This document shows, in pieces, positions 29,056 through 38,838 of a DNA stretch of 64,000 bases. The DNA comes from Candidatus Latescibacterota bacterium (GTDB lineage: Bacteria; Latescibacterota; UBA2968; GCA-2709665), in contig OZ250150.1 of the NCBI GenBank assembly GCA_965237675.1, positions 4,992,001 through 5,056,000 on the forward strand, given 5' to 3'. Both the position numbers and the translations under genes were made by a program. The notes beneath the pieces were generated by a model that ran no database searches, was not told the origin of the DNA, and was given only the letters and a program-made list of their open reading frames with translations. Numbering within the stretch: the first letter of the stretch is position 1; each line of letters begins with the position of its first letter.

Positions 29056-32000
29056 TTATTGAACGTAGAATCCCGTCTGTCGGTTCGATGTCAGACCGCT
29101 GTTCAGGTCGGTCACCTCAATTTCCAAAATATACTGTCCGGGCCTGGTGGACTTCAAATCCAGTTCCATGTACACCTCTTCCGACTCCGAGTTTCCAAGC
29201 TGCTCGTATCCCACGGCAAGTTCCTGTTTTCTGCCCGTCAGTACGCGCACCAACTGCGAGACCACCCCGCTTGCCGTGCGTCCCTGTACCCCCTTGGGCC
29301 GAATCGTATATTCCACCTTGTAACGGGTCTGTCCGAATTCGTCCTGCCTGAGGCGATAAATTTCATAATAGAGGAATACGCCCTGGTTCCTTCCAAACGT
29401 GCGTGTAGGGATGGGAATGACCCGAAGACCGCCCTTCTTAAACTTATCCAAGTCGTTCGATTCTGCAATCGAATACGCCATTTGCAACTCGCTCAACTGC
29501 AGAAAAGCCCTCTCGTAATTGTCAATCACAACCTCCTGCCGGTACCGACCCTGCCTTCCGGACAACCTGTCCTTGATTTGCACCTCCATCCGGTAGGTGC
29601 CAGGGGGCACGTCCAGCCGGACCAGGTCGGGTACAAAGCCACCACGCGCCCCGGTTAAATCGCCGGCGCCGCGGAATTCGAGATTGCCCTGCCGGCGATA
29701 AACCGACCCGTTGCGCGGATTGTTCAATGCCACCGAACGCTCCAGAAACATTTCGGTTTCGTCCCGATTCTCCAGGTATTTGCCGAGATTGTAGGGCGCA
29801 CCGAAGTAGACTTCCACGAACGACCGCCGGCCCCCCTCGTCCTGGCGGAAGTTGGCCAGATCGTAATAGAACTCCAGCGGCGACTTATTCTCCGGCGGCT
29901 TGTAATAGTCCGGCGTAACCAGGGCCGCCTGTTCGGCCACGGACCGAGGATTGAACTGGTTGAACCGGGTCAGTTGCTGCATGGGAATGCGTACGTCCAT
30001 CGGCGGCGGCGCGTAGTCGAACTCGCCGCGCAAATGCTCGTCCGTGAACGTGATTTCGATTCCCCCATTAACGTCGGTGTAAACCCAGACCTCCCAGGGA
30101 ACCATAGAAGCGTCGTCCTGAGAGGTTACGGCCTTGAATGCAAAGTCGTTGGCGGCGTTCCCCAGGCCCATAGCGCCCCCCTGCATCTGTACACCTTCGA
30201 ACCGGAGCAGCTCCAGGGACTCGCCCGTCAGTTGGTTATTGGCCGTAATGCCCGAACTGTAGGTGATGCCCTGCCGCTGCGTCTCGCCCTCGGTTGTTGC
30301 CCGCTCGGCCCTGCTGTCGCCGGCGGCGGCCGAGTTTGGATCCTCCACCTGGCGGTCCCCGGCGAACCCGTCGCCCAGGTTCGCGCCACCGCTGAGATTC
30401 GACTTCAGGCTGCGCACCGCGTACACCGGCCCGCCCATGAAACTCATCTGCAACGCCGCCGTCCCGTACATCTGCCGGGCAATGCGCTCCCGCACACGCT
30501 GCACCTTCAGACTCTGGTTGTAGTTCTTCATATCGGATTGAGACCGGTAATCGGGCTCGCCAAACCGGATGTACACCTCGCCCCGCCGGTCCCACGGCTG
30601 TCTGCCCTTCGAAAAAGCCCCCAGCGCGTACCAGACCCGTCTGTAGTGTTCCAACTGGCGCTCGTTAATCGACGTGGTCAGGTCCGGGTCGTGCGCCGTC
30701 CAGAACCGGTTGACCCGTTCGACGCGAGCCGAGCGATCGGCCTGCTCATACAGTTTGCGTTCCTCCGGGGACATCAGAAGGACCGGATCGTAATACAGCG
30801 CCCGCTCCGCCTCTGTCGCCGCCTGCAGGTACTCACTGAAATATCTGTCCGCCCACTCCAGCCGTCCCAACTGGACGCATGCCTGGGCCAGCACGGCAAG
30901 GACCCCGGTGTCATCGGGATGCTCCCGAACATAATCCGTAAGCAAGGTCACAATCCGCTCATAATTTCGCGACTTCAGGTACACACCGGCCAGCCGCTTC
31001 CTCCCCTCAGAATCTTCCGGCTTCAACGTCATGTATCGCGCGTAAAGCAGGGCCGCGCGTTCGAAATCCTCCTCCTGGACCTCGTACCACTCCCCCAGGA
31101 GCAGATAGGCGGGCGCAAAGGTCGGATCGATATCAATGACCTTCTCCACGTCGTATTTCGCGTCGTGCTCTTCCAGGCTGTGTCGAAGCCTGGCTTTATT
31201 ATAACGCGCTTCCAGGTAGTCCCGGTTGTACTGGAGCGCCTTCGTATAATAACGGATCGCGTCATACCGCGCTTTCGGACGCCTTTCGAATACCTGCCCG
31301 AGCCCGTTGTATGCTTCAGCCATCCTGTGGTCCAGCCGAACCGCGCGTTCGAACGAACGCAGCGCGGCGTCCGGATCTTTGGACTTCAGATAGGCATAGC
31401 CCAACTGACAATGCCCGCGCGCGGACTTGGGCGCCATCAGCGTGACCACCTGCAGTACGGGCACCGAGGCCGGCGCGTCCTTCTCCAGCACCCGTCGGCC
31501 CACGTCCAGCAACGAATCGACCTGCGCCCTTCCCGCCGCCCTGTCCACTACCTCGAACCCGTCACCGCGCCGAATCAGTTCCAGCAGCCGCCCACGATGA
31601 TAGGGGCTGATTACCATCGCCTCTCCGTCTGCAGCGCCGTGCCGATAGAAATAACTGATTGCGCGTTTCTTCCGATCTTCGGGCGACCTGAAGAGCCGCT
31701 CAAGAATCCGTTCTTCCGCATCGCCCAGCCCGCCGGCCCTTACCGAAGCCTTCAACACCTCCAGGTTGACGGGGGATCTGCCGTCATTGAGTCGCCGGTA
31801 ATCATGAATCATCTTCCCGATCGCGGACAGGTTCTCCCTGCAAACCCACCGGGCGCCCACCCCACCGGCCATCCGCGACCTGCTCGCCAATACCTTTGCG
31901 TAAGCCATCGCCGGCTTGGAATACAGGACGCTGTCTCGCGCCAGCGCCTCGAAATGCTGTGCCGCGCTTCGATAGAGCCGCTGTGCGTGGCGGAATTCCC

Positions 32001-32517
32001 ATTGATGCAGCGCGCCATAGGCCAATTTCACCGTCATCAATGCCTTTTCAACGCCCGCGAGCGAAAAATTGGGACCGTTTCGCGGCCCCCCGTTTCGTGA
32101 TGAAACCCACGCCACGTCGAGGTTTCCGAGTTCAACATCCCCCGGACGCCGCACAACCGTGCCGTTTACCATCACCTCCCACACCTGGCTCTCCACGATC
32201 GGCACCGCTGTCTGCCCCAACCCGGAAAGCCGATAGTTCCGCAACGGTTGATCCCTATAGAACACCCTCCGCCCGTCCGGGGACCTGCCCAGTTGTCCCG
32301 GTCGGCCCGGAAAGGCGCCCAGCCGGTGTTCCGCTCCCTGTGCGTCCACGGACCAGACTTCGGTCAGGGCTGCCTGCCCGTTTTCGTAGGAAGCGGTCCA
32401 GATACGCTGGCCATTGGCCTCCGCCGGAACCGAAAGCCCCATCCCCGCCATGAAGCAACAGGCGAAAATCGCGCGGCGGGCGAGCGAAACGAAACGCATG
32501 CATCCTGAACCCTTCAC
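29056..32517 (-). CDS. Secreted TPR + GWxTD-like domain protein
   Basis: Signal peptide, TPRs, RFW..HDPD...NER..EHYRRV...WDRRGEVYIRFGEPD, WEVWVY, C-terminal Ig-like domains; GTG 32517 with GGAGGAG RBS (ORF open to 32556). Confidence 0.85.
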   Translation of the reverse strand: MKGSGCMRFVSLARRAIFACCFMAGMGLSVPAEANGQRIWTASYENGQAALTEVWSVDAQGAEHRLGAFPGRPGQLGRSPDGRRVFYRDQPLRNYRLSGLGQTAVPIVESQVWEVMVNGTVVRRPGDVELGNLDVAWVSSRNGGPRNGPNFSLAGVEKALMTVKLAYGALHQWEFRHAQRLYRSAAQHFEALARDSVLYSKPAMAYAKVLASRSRMAGGVGARWVCRENLSAIGKMIHDYRRLNDGRSPVNLEVLKASVRAGGLGDAEERILERLFRSPEDRKKRAISYFYRHGAADGEAMVISPYHRGRLLELIRRGDGFEVVDRAAGRAQVDSLLDVGRRVLEKDAPASVPVLQVVTLMAPKSARGHCQLGYAYLKSKDPDAALRSFERAVRLDHRMAEAYNGLGQVFERRPKARYDAIRYYTKALQYNRDYLEARYNKARLRHSLEEHDAKYDVEKVIDIDPTFAPAYLLLGEWYEVQEEDFERAALLYARYMTLKPEDSEGRKRLAGVYLKSRNYERIVTLLTDYVREHPDDTGVLAVLAQACVQLGRLEWADRYFSEYLQAATEAERALYYDPVLLMSPEERKLYEQADRSARVERVNRFWTAHDPDLTTSINERQLEHYRRVWYALGAFSKGRQPWDRRGEVYIRFGEPDYRSQSDMKNYNQSLKVQRVRERIARQMYGTAALQMSFMGGPVYAVRSLKSNLSGGANLGDGFAGDRQVEDPNSAAAGDSRAERATTEGETQRQGITYSSGITANNQLTGESLELLRFEGVQMQGGAMGLGNAANDFAFKAVTSQDDASMVPWEVWVYTDVNGGIEITFTDEHLRGEFDYAPPPMDVRIPMQQLTRFNQFNPRSVAEQAALVTPDYYKPPENKSPLEFYYDLANFRQDEGGRRSFVEVYFGAPYNLGKYLENRDETEMFLERSVALNNPRNGSVYRRQGNLEFRGAGDLTGARGGFVPDLVRLDVPPGTYRMEVQIKDRLSGRQGRYRQEVVIDNYERAFLQLSELQMAYSIAESNDLDKFKKGGLRVIPIPTRTFGRNQGVFLYYEIYRLRQDEFGQTRYKVEYTIRPKGVQGRTASGVVSQLVRVLTGRKQELAVGYEQLGNSESEEVYMELDLKSTRPGQYILEIEVTDLNSGLTSNRQTGFYVQ

Positions 32518-32594
32518 GTACGACTCCTCCCCGAAGTTTCGGAGATTTGTGGGCATTAGAATCTCCCCCTCCCCTTAACGTCCCCTATTCCCGT

Positions 32595-32768
32595 GCCCTT
32601 TTTCTTTCTCGCCAAAGAAAAAGGGCCAAAAAGAACGGCGCCGCTCAAACGCCGCGGGGCTGCTCTTCCGCGAATCGCCTCAGAGGCATAAAACCAGGGT
32701 TGGTGGCCTGCGTAGATCGCTGGCGTTCCAAAACCACGTTGCTGAACGGATTGGCGCGGAAGAGCCCC
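32595..32768. repeat. Structured intergenic repeat element
   Basis: Perfect 13-bp hairpin GCCCTTTTTCTTT/AAAGAAAAAGGGC (32595-32626), then a long hairpin closed by GCTCTTCCGCG/CGCGGAAGAGC (32662-32765). Confidence 0.5.
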
Positions 32769-33063
32769 ATCCACCCGGACCGGACGCGTGACGGGTCAAG
32801 TCCGTGAATGGGCGGACGTAGGCGAAAAGACGTGGCGCGGATATCGCAGATTCACATCGCCGGTCCGCATCGTTATCCGGTGTAAGCTGACGGCTGAAAG
32901 CTGAAAGCTGCTTCTCGTGTTTTATAGAATAAGGAATATGGAAGAAAAATCAAAGCTGATTTTGGTCCTGAAGTGCTGAGCCCATGTCCTTCTGTATGCG
33001 TCGATGAATTCGACTTCATTGTTGTTCAACGGATTGGATCAGGTTCTGTCTTCGGCTGTGACA

Positions 33064-35040
33064 CTAGTTCCCCGACAACGCGCGAATCCGGCGCCGGGCT
33101 TCCGTTGAAATTTCCGGATCACCCCGCCATTGCTTCAGAAACGCCCCGTAGGCCGCCACCGCATCCCCGTGCCTGCCCTGGCTCTCGAACACCCGGCCCA
33201 GGTTTAAATGCGCCCTCGCATCGCCCTGCGCCGCGGATCGACGGTATGCCTGCGCCGCCTCTTCCGGCCGGCCCGTTTTCTCCAGGGCCACGCCGAGATT
33301 GAAGTGAACCTCCTTATCCTCCGGTAGCAGAACCGCCGCCTGTCTGAATCCTTCGGCGGCCGTCCTCGCGTCGCCGGCCCGCATGGCCGTGACGCCCAAA
33401 TTCATCCAGGCCTCCGCGTATTGCGGATCCAGTTCCACGGCTTTTCGATATGCCGCGGACGCCTGCTCAAAAACCCCCTTCACACCGTACGCATTGCCCA
33501 GGTTGTTATAGGTCATGGCTTCTTCCCGGATAGACAGGGCCCGTCGAAAAGCAAGAATCGCCCGGTCCATCAGGCCCTGCTCCGCCAGCACCTGTCCCAC
33601 GGCCTGATGCATCTTCGCGCTTTTCGGATACGCACGCGCAGCGCTGGAAAACAGGCTGAAGTCATCCTTCCAATCTCTATTTCGCGCCACCGTGCGGGCG
33701 GCATAACCGACCAGCACAAGACCCGCCAGGACAACGACGCTGAACCCATACCTCCTGAACAACCATTCCGCCCCGATCCCTGTCAACGCGAACACACCCA
33801 GCGCCGGAATATACAGGAACCGTTCCTGGACCATCGAATTCAGCAGCACCACGGTCTGCGACACCCCCATGTAGGGCACCCAAAAAAGCGCCCCACAAAA
33901 AAACAACCGCGGCCATTTCCCCAGGGATCGCAGCCACAACCACAGCCCGCCGAGACCCAGCGCCACACCCGCGATCACTCCCGGTTCCAGAAGCGAATTC
34001 GAAACCTGAATTGCATTGTACGAATAATCCACGGAGAGCCGCCACGGAACCACCAGGAGCGTCAGGTAGTGCCAGAATATTCTCCCGGCTGTAAGGGCCC
34101 GCGTTTCAAGCGGTGCTCCGAAAAGCGGATTCACCAACTCCGTCATCCCACCGGGGGAGAAGCCCAGCCCCGCAGCGGCGTTGCGCACCGCCAGACAGAG
34201 CCCGAAAACGCCCGCGAAGCCCATCCACCACGGCCATTTCGCCCGCGCGACGAACAGAATCTTGTGCCACATCCCCGCTTCCATGGGCGCGGCGGCCGAA
34301 CAGCCCAAACGCGCAACCACCCGTCCCCTGCGGCCTTCTTTTTGTCCCTCTTTATCCAAAAACGGCCTCCCCTCTGCATCCCCTATCTCCGCGGCGAGGT
34401 CATATATCACAACCAGGCCAAACAGCGCGAGCGAGCTCTCCTTGCTCATCAGTCCGCAGAAAAAAGCAACAAGTGCGAGCCCGTAGGCCGTTCGCGAACG
34501 CGAGGCATGCGTATAACACAGCATGCCCCCAAGCAGGAACACACAGGCCAGCAGGTCGGACCGTCCGAACGTCACACCGGCCGCCACCTCCGAATGGATC
34601 GGATGCACCGCAAACAACAGACCCGCCGCCCCTGCGGAGAAACGGCCCAGACCTGCGCGCCTGCACAACCCCCATGCCAGCAGGCTGCAACATACGTGCA
34701 ACAACACATTGGTCAGATGATACCGGAACGGGCGAATCCCTCCCAACGCGTCCAGCAGAAAGGAGAGTACGGGTAACGGCCGGTAATGCCCGGTTTCATT
34801 TCCGGGGTACCCCGCCCAGTAATGGGTCGTGAATACACTCTTGAAATCCAATCGTTCCACAAGCCAGCTTCGTTCGATCAGAAAATGGTCGTCGTACACC
34901 AGTCCGTTGCCAAGGGCGTTGACATAAACCAGAAACGCAGCCATGCCCACCAGAACCGGCCACGCGTATCGGCGATTCAGACCCCTATCTCCGGGAGACT
35001 CCACTCGCCCCTTCCGCCTCCGGGAGGCACGCCTCGTCAT
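33064..35040 (-). CDS. TMTC-like (DUF1736) membrane glycosyltransferase with TPRs
   Basis: YDD, YRPL, YHLTNVLLH, FAVHPIHSE, GRSDLL, SKE, LSVDY, ERFLYIP, RNRDW, then TPRs. Confidence 0.85.
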   Translation of the reverse strand: MTRRASRRRKGRVESPGDRGLNRRYAWPVLVGMAAFLVYVNALGNGLVYDDHFLIERSWLVERLDFKSVFTTHYWAGYPGNETGHYRPLPVLSFLLDALGGIRPFRYHLTNVLLHVCCSLLAWGLCRRAGLGRFSAGAAGLLFAVHPIHSEVAAGVTFGRSDLLACVFLLGGMLCYTHASRSRTAYGLALVAFFCGLMSKESSLALFGLVVIYDLAAEIGDAEGRPFLDKEGQKEGRRGRVVARLGCSAAAPMEAGMWHKILFVARAKWPWWMGFAGVFGLCLAVRNAAAGLGFSPGGMTELVNPLFGAPLETRALTAGRIFWHYLTLLVVPWRLSVDYSYNAIQVSNSLLEPGVIAGVALGLGGLWLWLRSLGKWPRLFFCGALFWVPYMGVSQTVVLLNSMVQERFLYIPALGVFALTGIGAEWLFRRYGFSVVVLAGLVLVGYAARTVARNRDWKDDFSLFSSAARAYPKSAKMHQAVGQVLAEQGLMDRAILAFRRALSIREEAMTYNNLGNAYGVKGVFEQASAAYRKAVELDPQYAEAWMNLGVTAMRAGDARTAAEGFRQAAVLLPEDKEVHFNLGVALEKTGRPEEAAQAYRRSAAQGDARAHLNLGRVFESQGRHGDAVAAYGAFLKQWRGDPEISTEARRRIRALSGN

Positions 35041-35156
35041 TTCAGATCGCCATTCTCAAATTACGCGGGAGAAAGAACCCACGAGAGGCAGCCGGTAGAC
35101 TTTTCGCCCGGCCGGCTCCGGGATTCTTTCTGGTTGCCTTGTTTGGAAATAAATAA

Positions 35157-35196
35157 ACGGGCGGCGCCCGGGCTCAGAGTCCCGGCCGCCGCCCGT
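35157..35196 (-). terminator. Intrinsic terminator of the OMP-TonB-CTD-PorV operon
   Basis: ACGGGCGGCG...CGCCGCCCGT stem with an inner CCGGG/CCCGG pair, followed by TTATTTATTT on the minus strand. Confidence 0.7.
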
Positions 35197-35266
35197 CGGT
35201 TCCTACGCCGACAAAGCGCCGGACTACGTCAATATTAATTCGACGCCGCCGCTCTGTACATGCGGG

Positions 35267-36259
35267 TTAGAACGTGCCACCGATGGAAACGCGGATTGGC
35301 GGATCAAACATGACGATGCCATCGTTTTTCTGCAAGAGCGACACCGCCACGTCCGCCGTTATGGTACGTCCGCCAAACGTCTGCTTCAGACCGGCGCCCA
35401 CGGCGATGCCCTCGAGGTCATAGTTCCACTTCCAGCCGGCGCGCAACGCAAGCGCGTTCTGCAGCCACAACTCGGCGCCGAAATGCCAGCGTTGCTCGAA
35501 ATCCACGAAAAACGCGCTCTCCACGGACGCGGTGAGGTAGGACGGATCGCCCTTCTCGCCGTAGATTTCGGCGGCGATACCGATATTGTAGACCAGCGGC
35601 AACAGGTACGCGCGGTCTCCCGACTTGCGGTCCGGGCCGAAATTCCTGAACGCCATTGCGATACGAAAGCTTCTGAACCCCGTGTAGAAGAAGCTGCCCA
35701 CGTCGACCGTAAAACCAGTCGTTTTTATCGTGTAGAGTTGCTCAGAAACATAATTCGCCTTGGCGCTGAACGAAAATTTGTCGGTGAACTTGATCGCATA
35801 GAGCAGACCGACAGAAAGATCGTTTGCGACCACGTCCTGGCCCGTTCCGCTGGGCTGATGGATCGTGGTCTCGAGGGAAGGCTTCGGGTTATGTGACACG
35901 ACCGTAATGCCCAACACCTCGCCCCGGGCCGACCGCGTATTCCACACCGCGGCAGCCGAGTACAGCTGGGTGTCGTAAATAAAGCGCGTCCAGTTCAACT
36001 GATAGGCCACGCGCTCCACGTGCACCAGGCCCGATCCGTTCCAGAAGACCGCGTTGATATCGTCCGCCACGGCCGTAAACGCATCACCCATCGCCACCGC
36101 ACGGGCGCCCTGGCCGATCTTAAGGAACTGCATTCCCGATATATTAACTTTCTTGACACCATACTCGCCGGTCACCCCGCCCCACTTCACGGCCAACGCC
36201 GGTGAAGCGGCAAGCAGCAGGGCCAAGACCGACGCAACGACCAACATACTCCTTTTCAC
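35267..36259 (-). CDS. PorV/PorQ family (UPF0164) outer-membrane barrel
   Basis: FLKIGQGARAVAMGDAF.AVADD..AVFWN signature, DVG, NFGP, LRAG, terminal F. Confidence 0.88.
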   Translation of the reverse strand: MKRSMLVVASVLALLLAASPALAVKWGGVTGEYGVKKVNISGMQFLKIGQGARAVAMGDAFTAVADDINAVFWNGSGLVHVERVAYQLNWTRFIYDTQLYSAAAVWNTRSARGEVLGITVVSHNPKPSLETTIHQPSGTGQDVVANDLSVGLLYAIKFTDKFSFSAKANYVSEQLYTIKTTGFTVDVGSFFYTGFRSFRIAMAFRNFGPDRKSGDRAYLLPLVYNIGIAAEIYGEKGDPSYLTASVESAFFVDFEQRWHFGAELWLQNALALRAGWKWNYDLEGIAVGAGLKQTFGGRTITADVAVSLLQKNDGIVMFDPPIRVSIGGTF

Positions 36260-36289
36260 GTCACTTCCTCCTAAAGGTTTTGAACCCGC

Positions 36290-38761
36290 TTACTTGATCA
36301 GCACGAAGCTGCCTCTTCGGGTCTCTCCGCCGTCCACAACCACGAAATAGTACAGACCGGTCTGCACCTCGCCGGCGATATTGAACGTGATCTGACGAAA
36401 TTCGGTCTCACCCTTGGTGAGCGGGGTCCGATCCGTCGTTTCCACGCGGTCGCCGGAGGCCGAGTAAATGTGAATTACCGCATTGGCAGTCAGGCCCACG
36501 ATGCGAAGGTTGCGGGAGTTGGGGTACTGGTGCTTTCCGTCCACGTAATACGGATTCGGCACGATCAGCACCTCTTCGGGAAGGCTGGACAACAGGGCCT
36601 GGAACGGCTTGCGATTGTCGCCGTCGAAGGTCCTGGCCGTAGATGGCCCCCAGCCGCTCTCATATCCCCTACGGATATTGGCCTTCACGCGGTCGCTGGG
36701 GATGTCGTCGATTGTCATCCCGCTGTCCCAGGTATAGGAATCCACCCCTCTGGCGTACGGGCGAGCCGAATAGAAATAGGAAAAGCCGGCTGCGGTCTCC
36801 AGGTCTTCATATTCATAGAGACCGTCGGCATTTACGCCCCAGACGCCGCGGTCCAGGCCCGTCGGACTAGTGGAAGACCCGCTGGAACCGTTTTCGATCA
36901 CGTCGTACAGCTCCCAGGGGCCCCAGGAGAACCAATTCGACTTGTACACCCGGTAGCCCAATATGTCCAGTTCGCCCGTATAGGGATTTACAGCTGATTC
37001 CGACTGCCGGCCCCACCGGATCAACTGCTTGGCATTGGTTGAGGACGTCAGATTATCGGCCGAAATATACGCCTCGCTGGGCGACGCGGGCACCTGGTAG
37101 TTGTTGTCGTAGACCCAATGGGCCAGCTTCAGATTCTCCAGGGCGGCCTTTTCGCCGTCGGTCTTGATCTTGCTGATCTTGTTCTCGGGGGAATCGCTGG
37201 AACGGTCCCACTTCAAAAGGCCGACATCCTGCTCGTTGGCCGGAATCGGCGCCAGCAGCGAGGGGTGCCCCGCTCCCCAGGCAAGCACAATCTTCACGGA
37301 CTCGCCCGCGCCCACGGTGTACGGTCCGTACACCGTCATATCGTGAAACACCTTGCGCGTGGAAATATCCTCCTCGTCCGCATTGCCCTGATAACCTGAC
37401 GTGGTTATGGTACTGGCCAGCTGCCCGGCGGTGTGCGTGGTGTACGTGGGGTCGTCGAAGTCGCCCGTCGACCTTGCCAGCCACCACTGGAACGAACGCG
37501 GCTGCAGGGCCTCGGCGGGTTGCGCGTACTTGCCCCGGTCGGCTTCGTTGAATGAGAACTTGTCCGCGTCGTCGGCATAGGCGATGGGCGCCATGAAATA
37601 GGTGCTGGGCGCTCTCGGCTGGCCTTCGGTCTGCAGGATATCGTAGTTTGATGGCACAATCGCCTTGAAGAACGGGTCGCCCGTATCGTCGTGCGAGGAA
37701 AACGGGTTGTCGGAGTCCCTGCGGATGACCGCGCGCATATCCTCACCTACGAACGCGCCGTTCTGCGAGTAGGCATTCGGATAGCCGTCGGCCTCCGTAT
37801 ACCACATGGTGTCGTCCATACCCCGTGCGTTGGACGCGTAGAAGTTCCATCCGAACTCCTCGAGGATGCCCATCGCCGTCATTGCCGCTACATTCTTGAA
37901 CGCGATGTAAAGGTTGTTGATGGGGCCCGGCGCCTCGCCGACGCCATCGCCGTCGAAATCCCCGATGTTGCTAAAGGTGAGATCCACAATGTAGAAGTCA
38001 TCGAAATCCGGGTTGGACCAGCTGTACACCCGCCGCTGGACAAGGATACCGTTCTGTTTGTCCACCCACTGGGCAATGATGGTCTCTTCGGGAAGGGTCA
38101 CGTCCACAAGGTTGTGCGCACCCAGCTTATAATTGGCGATATGGGCGGGCGGGGTTGTTACCGGATCCCCGTCATTCTCGTAAAGGCTTCCGTCATCCAG
38201 GTTGGTGACCCCGGGCCAGTAATTGGACAGGGAACCCGCGGCGCCCTGTTCGCCCGGAGAGATCGCGCTATTCACCGCTTCCGCGAGTTCCCTCAACGGA
38301 TTGGGCTGGCCCCAGCTTTCCTCCGGATTGCCCACCGGATCGTAGGGCAGCGCCTGGTTGTGTTCGACGATCTGCAGATTCTCCCTCGGCCCGGTTACCG
38401 TCACCGTGCCGGCGTCGGCGTTCAGGATCCAGATGCCCTCGCCGCCCGAGACCTTGTAGTCGTTGTACATCTGCGACTTCTGGTTGGACGTGAACTGTGA
38501 CAGCACCGCGCCGAACGAACCTGGGCCCTGGCCGTTCCAGGGATAGGCGTTGCGCCTGGAGCCGCGGCCCCATTCCTGGTTGCCGCCCATCCCGCCTATG
38601 TTGTTGTAACTGTTGGAAATCAATGATCGCAGGTTGTACCTGCTTGCTATGTTGTCGGGAGTGGCTTGGGCATCGGCCGGGGCCGCTTCAAATACAACCG
38701 CACCCAGTGCAAGGCAACCGATGGGGACCAACCCCTTAGCGATGAAATTCAATCGTTTCAT
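36290..38761 (-). CDS. Secreted protein with an FN3-like region and T9SS-type C-terminal domain
   Basis: Signal peptide ending ADAQ; GYRVYKS; C-terminal IVPNPY...IYSASGDRV...GLYYFVV...GSFVLIK. Confidence 0.75.
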   Translation of the reverse strand: MKRLNFIAKGLVPIGCLALGAVVFEAAPADAQATPDNIASRYNLRSLISNSYNNIGGMGGNQEWGRGSRRNAYPWNGQGPGSFGAVLSQFTSNQKSQMYNDYKVSGGEGIWILNADAGTVTVTGPRENLQIVEHNQALPYDPVGNPEESWGQPNPLRELAEAVNSAISPGEQGAAGSLSNYWPGVTNLDDGSLYENDGDPVTTPPAHIANYKLGAHNLVDVTLPEETIIAQWVDKQNGILVQRRVYSWSNPDFDDFYIVDLTFSNIGDFDGDGVGEAPGPINNLYIAFKNVAAMTAMGILEEFGWNFYASNARGMDDTMWYTEADGYPNAYSQNGAFVGEDMRAVIRRDSDNPFSSHDDTGDPFFKAIVPSNYDILQTEGQPRAPSTYFMAPIAYADDADKFSFNEADRGKYAQPAEALQPRSFQWWLARSTGDFDDPTYTTHTAGQLASTITTSGYQGNADEEDISTRKVFHDMTVYGPYTVGAGESVKIVLAWGAGHPSLLAPIPANEQDVGLLKWDRSSDSPENKISKIKTDGEKAALENLKLAHWVYDNNYQVPASPSEAYISADNLTSSTNAKQLIRWGRQSESAVNPYTGELDILGYRVYKSNWFSWGPWELYDVIENGSSGSSTSPTGLDRGVWGVNADGLYEYEDLETAAGFSYFYSARPYARGVDSYTWDSGMTIDDIPSDRVKANIRRGYESGWGPSTARTFDGDNRKPFQALLSSLPEEVLIVPNPYYVDGKHQYPNSRNLRIVGLTANAVIHIYSASGDRVETTDRTPLTKGETEFRQITFNIAGEVQTGLYYFVVVDGGETRRGSFVLIK

Positions 38762-38800
38762 ATCCTTCTCTGCCTCCATTCGAAAGCATCACGGAGCAAG

Positions 38801-38831
38801 CGCACCGGAAGGACATGCACCTTCCGGTGCG
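38801..38831. promoter_or_regulatory. Intercistronic stem-loop after the TonB receptor gene
   Basis: Perfect 12-bp stem CGCACCGGAAGG-acatgca-CCTTCCGGTGCG without a U-tract. Confidence 0.6.
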
Positions 38832-38838
38832 TCACTGT

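Noticed and set aside
29974-32100. 708-aa + strand ORF
   Set aside because: Antisense shadow of the GWxTD-like gene in GC-rich DNA
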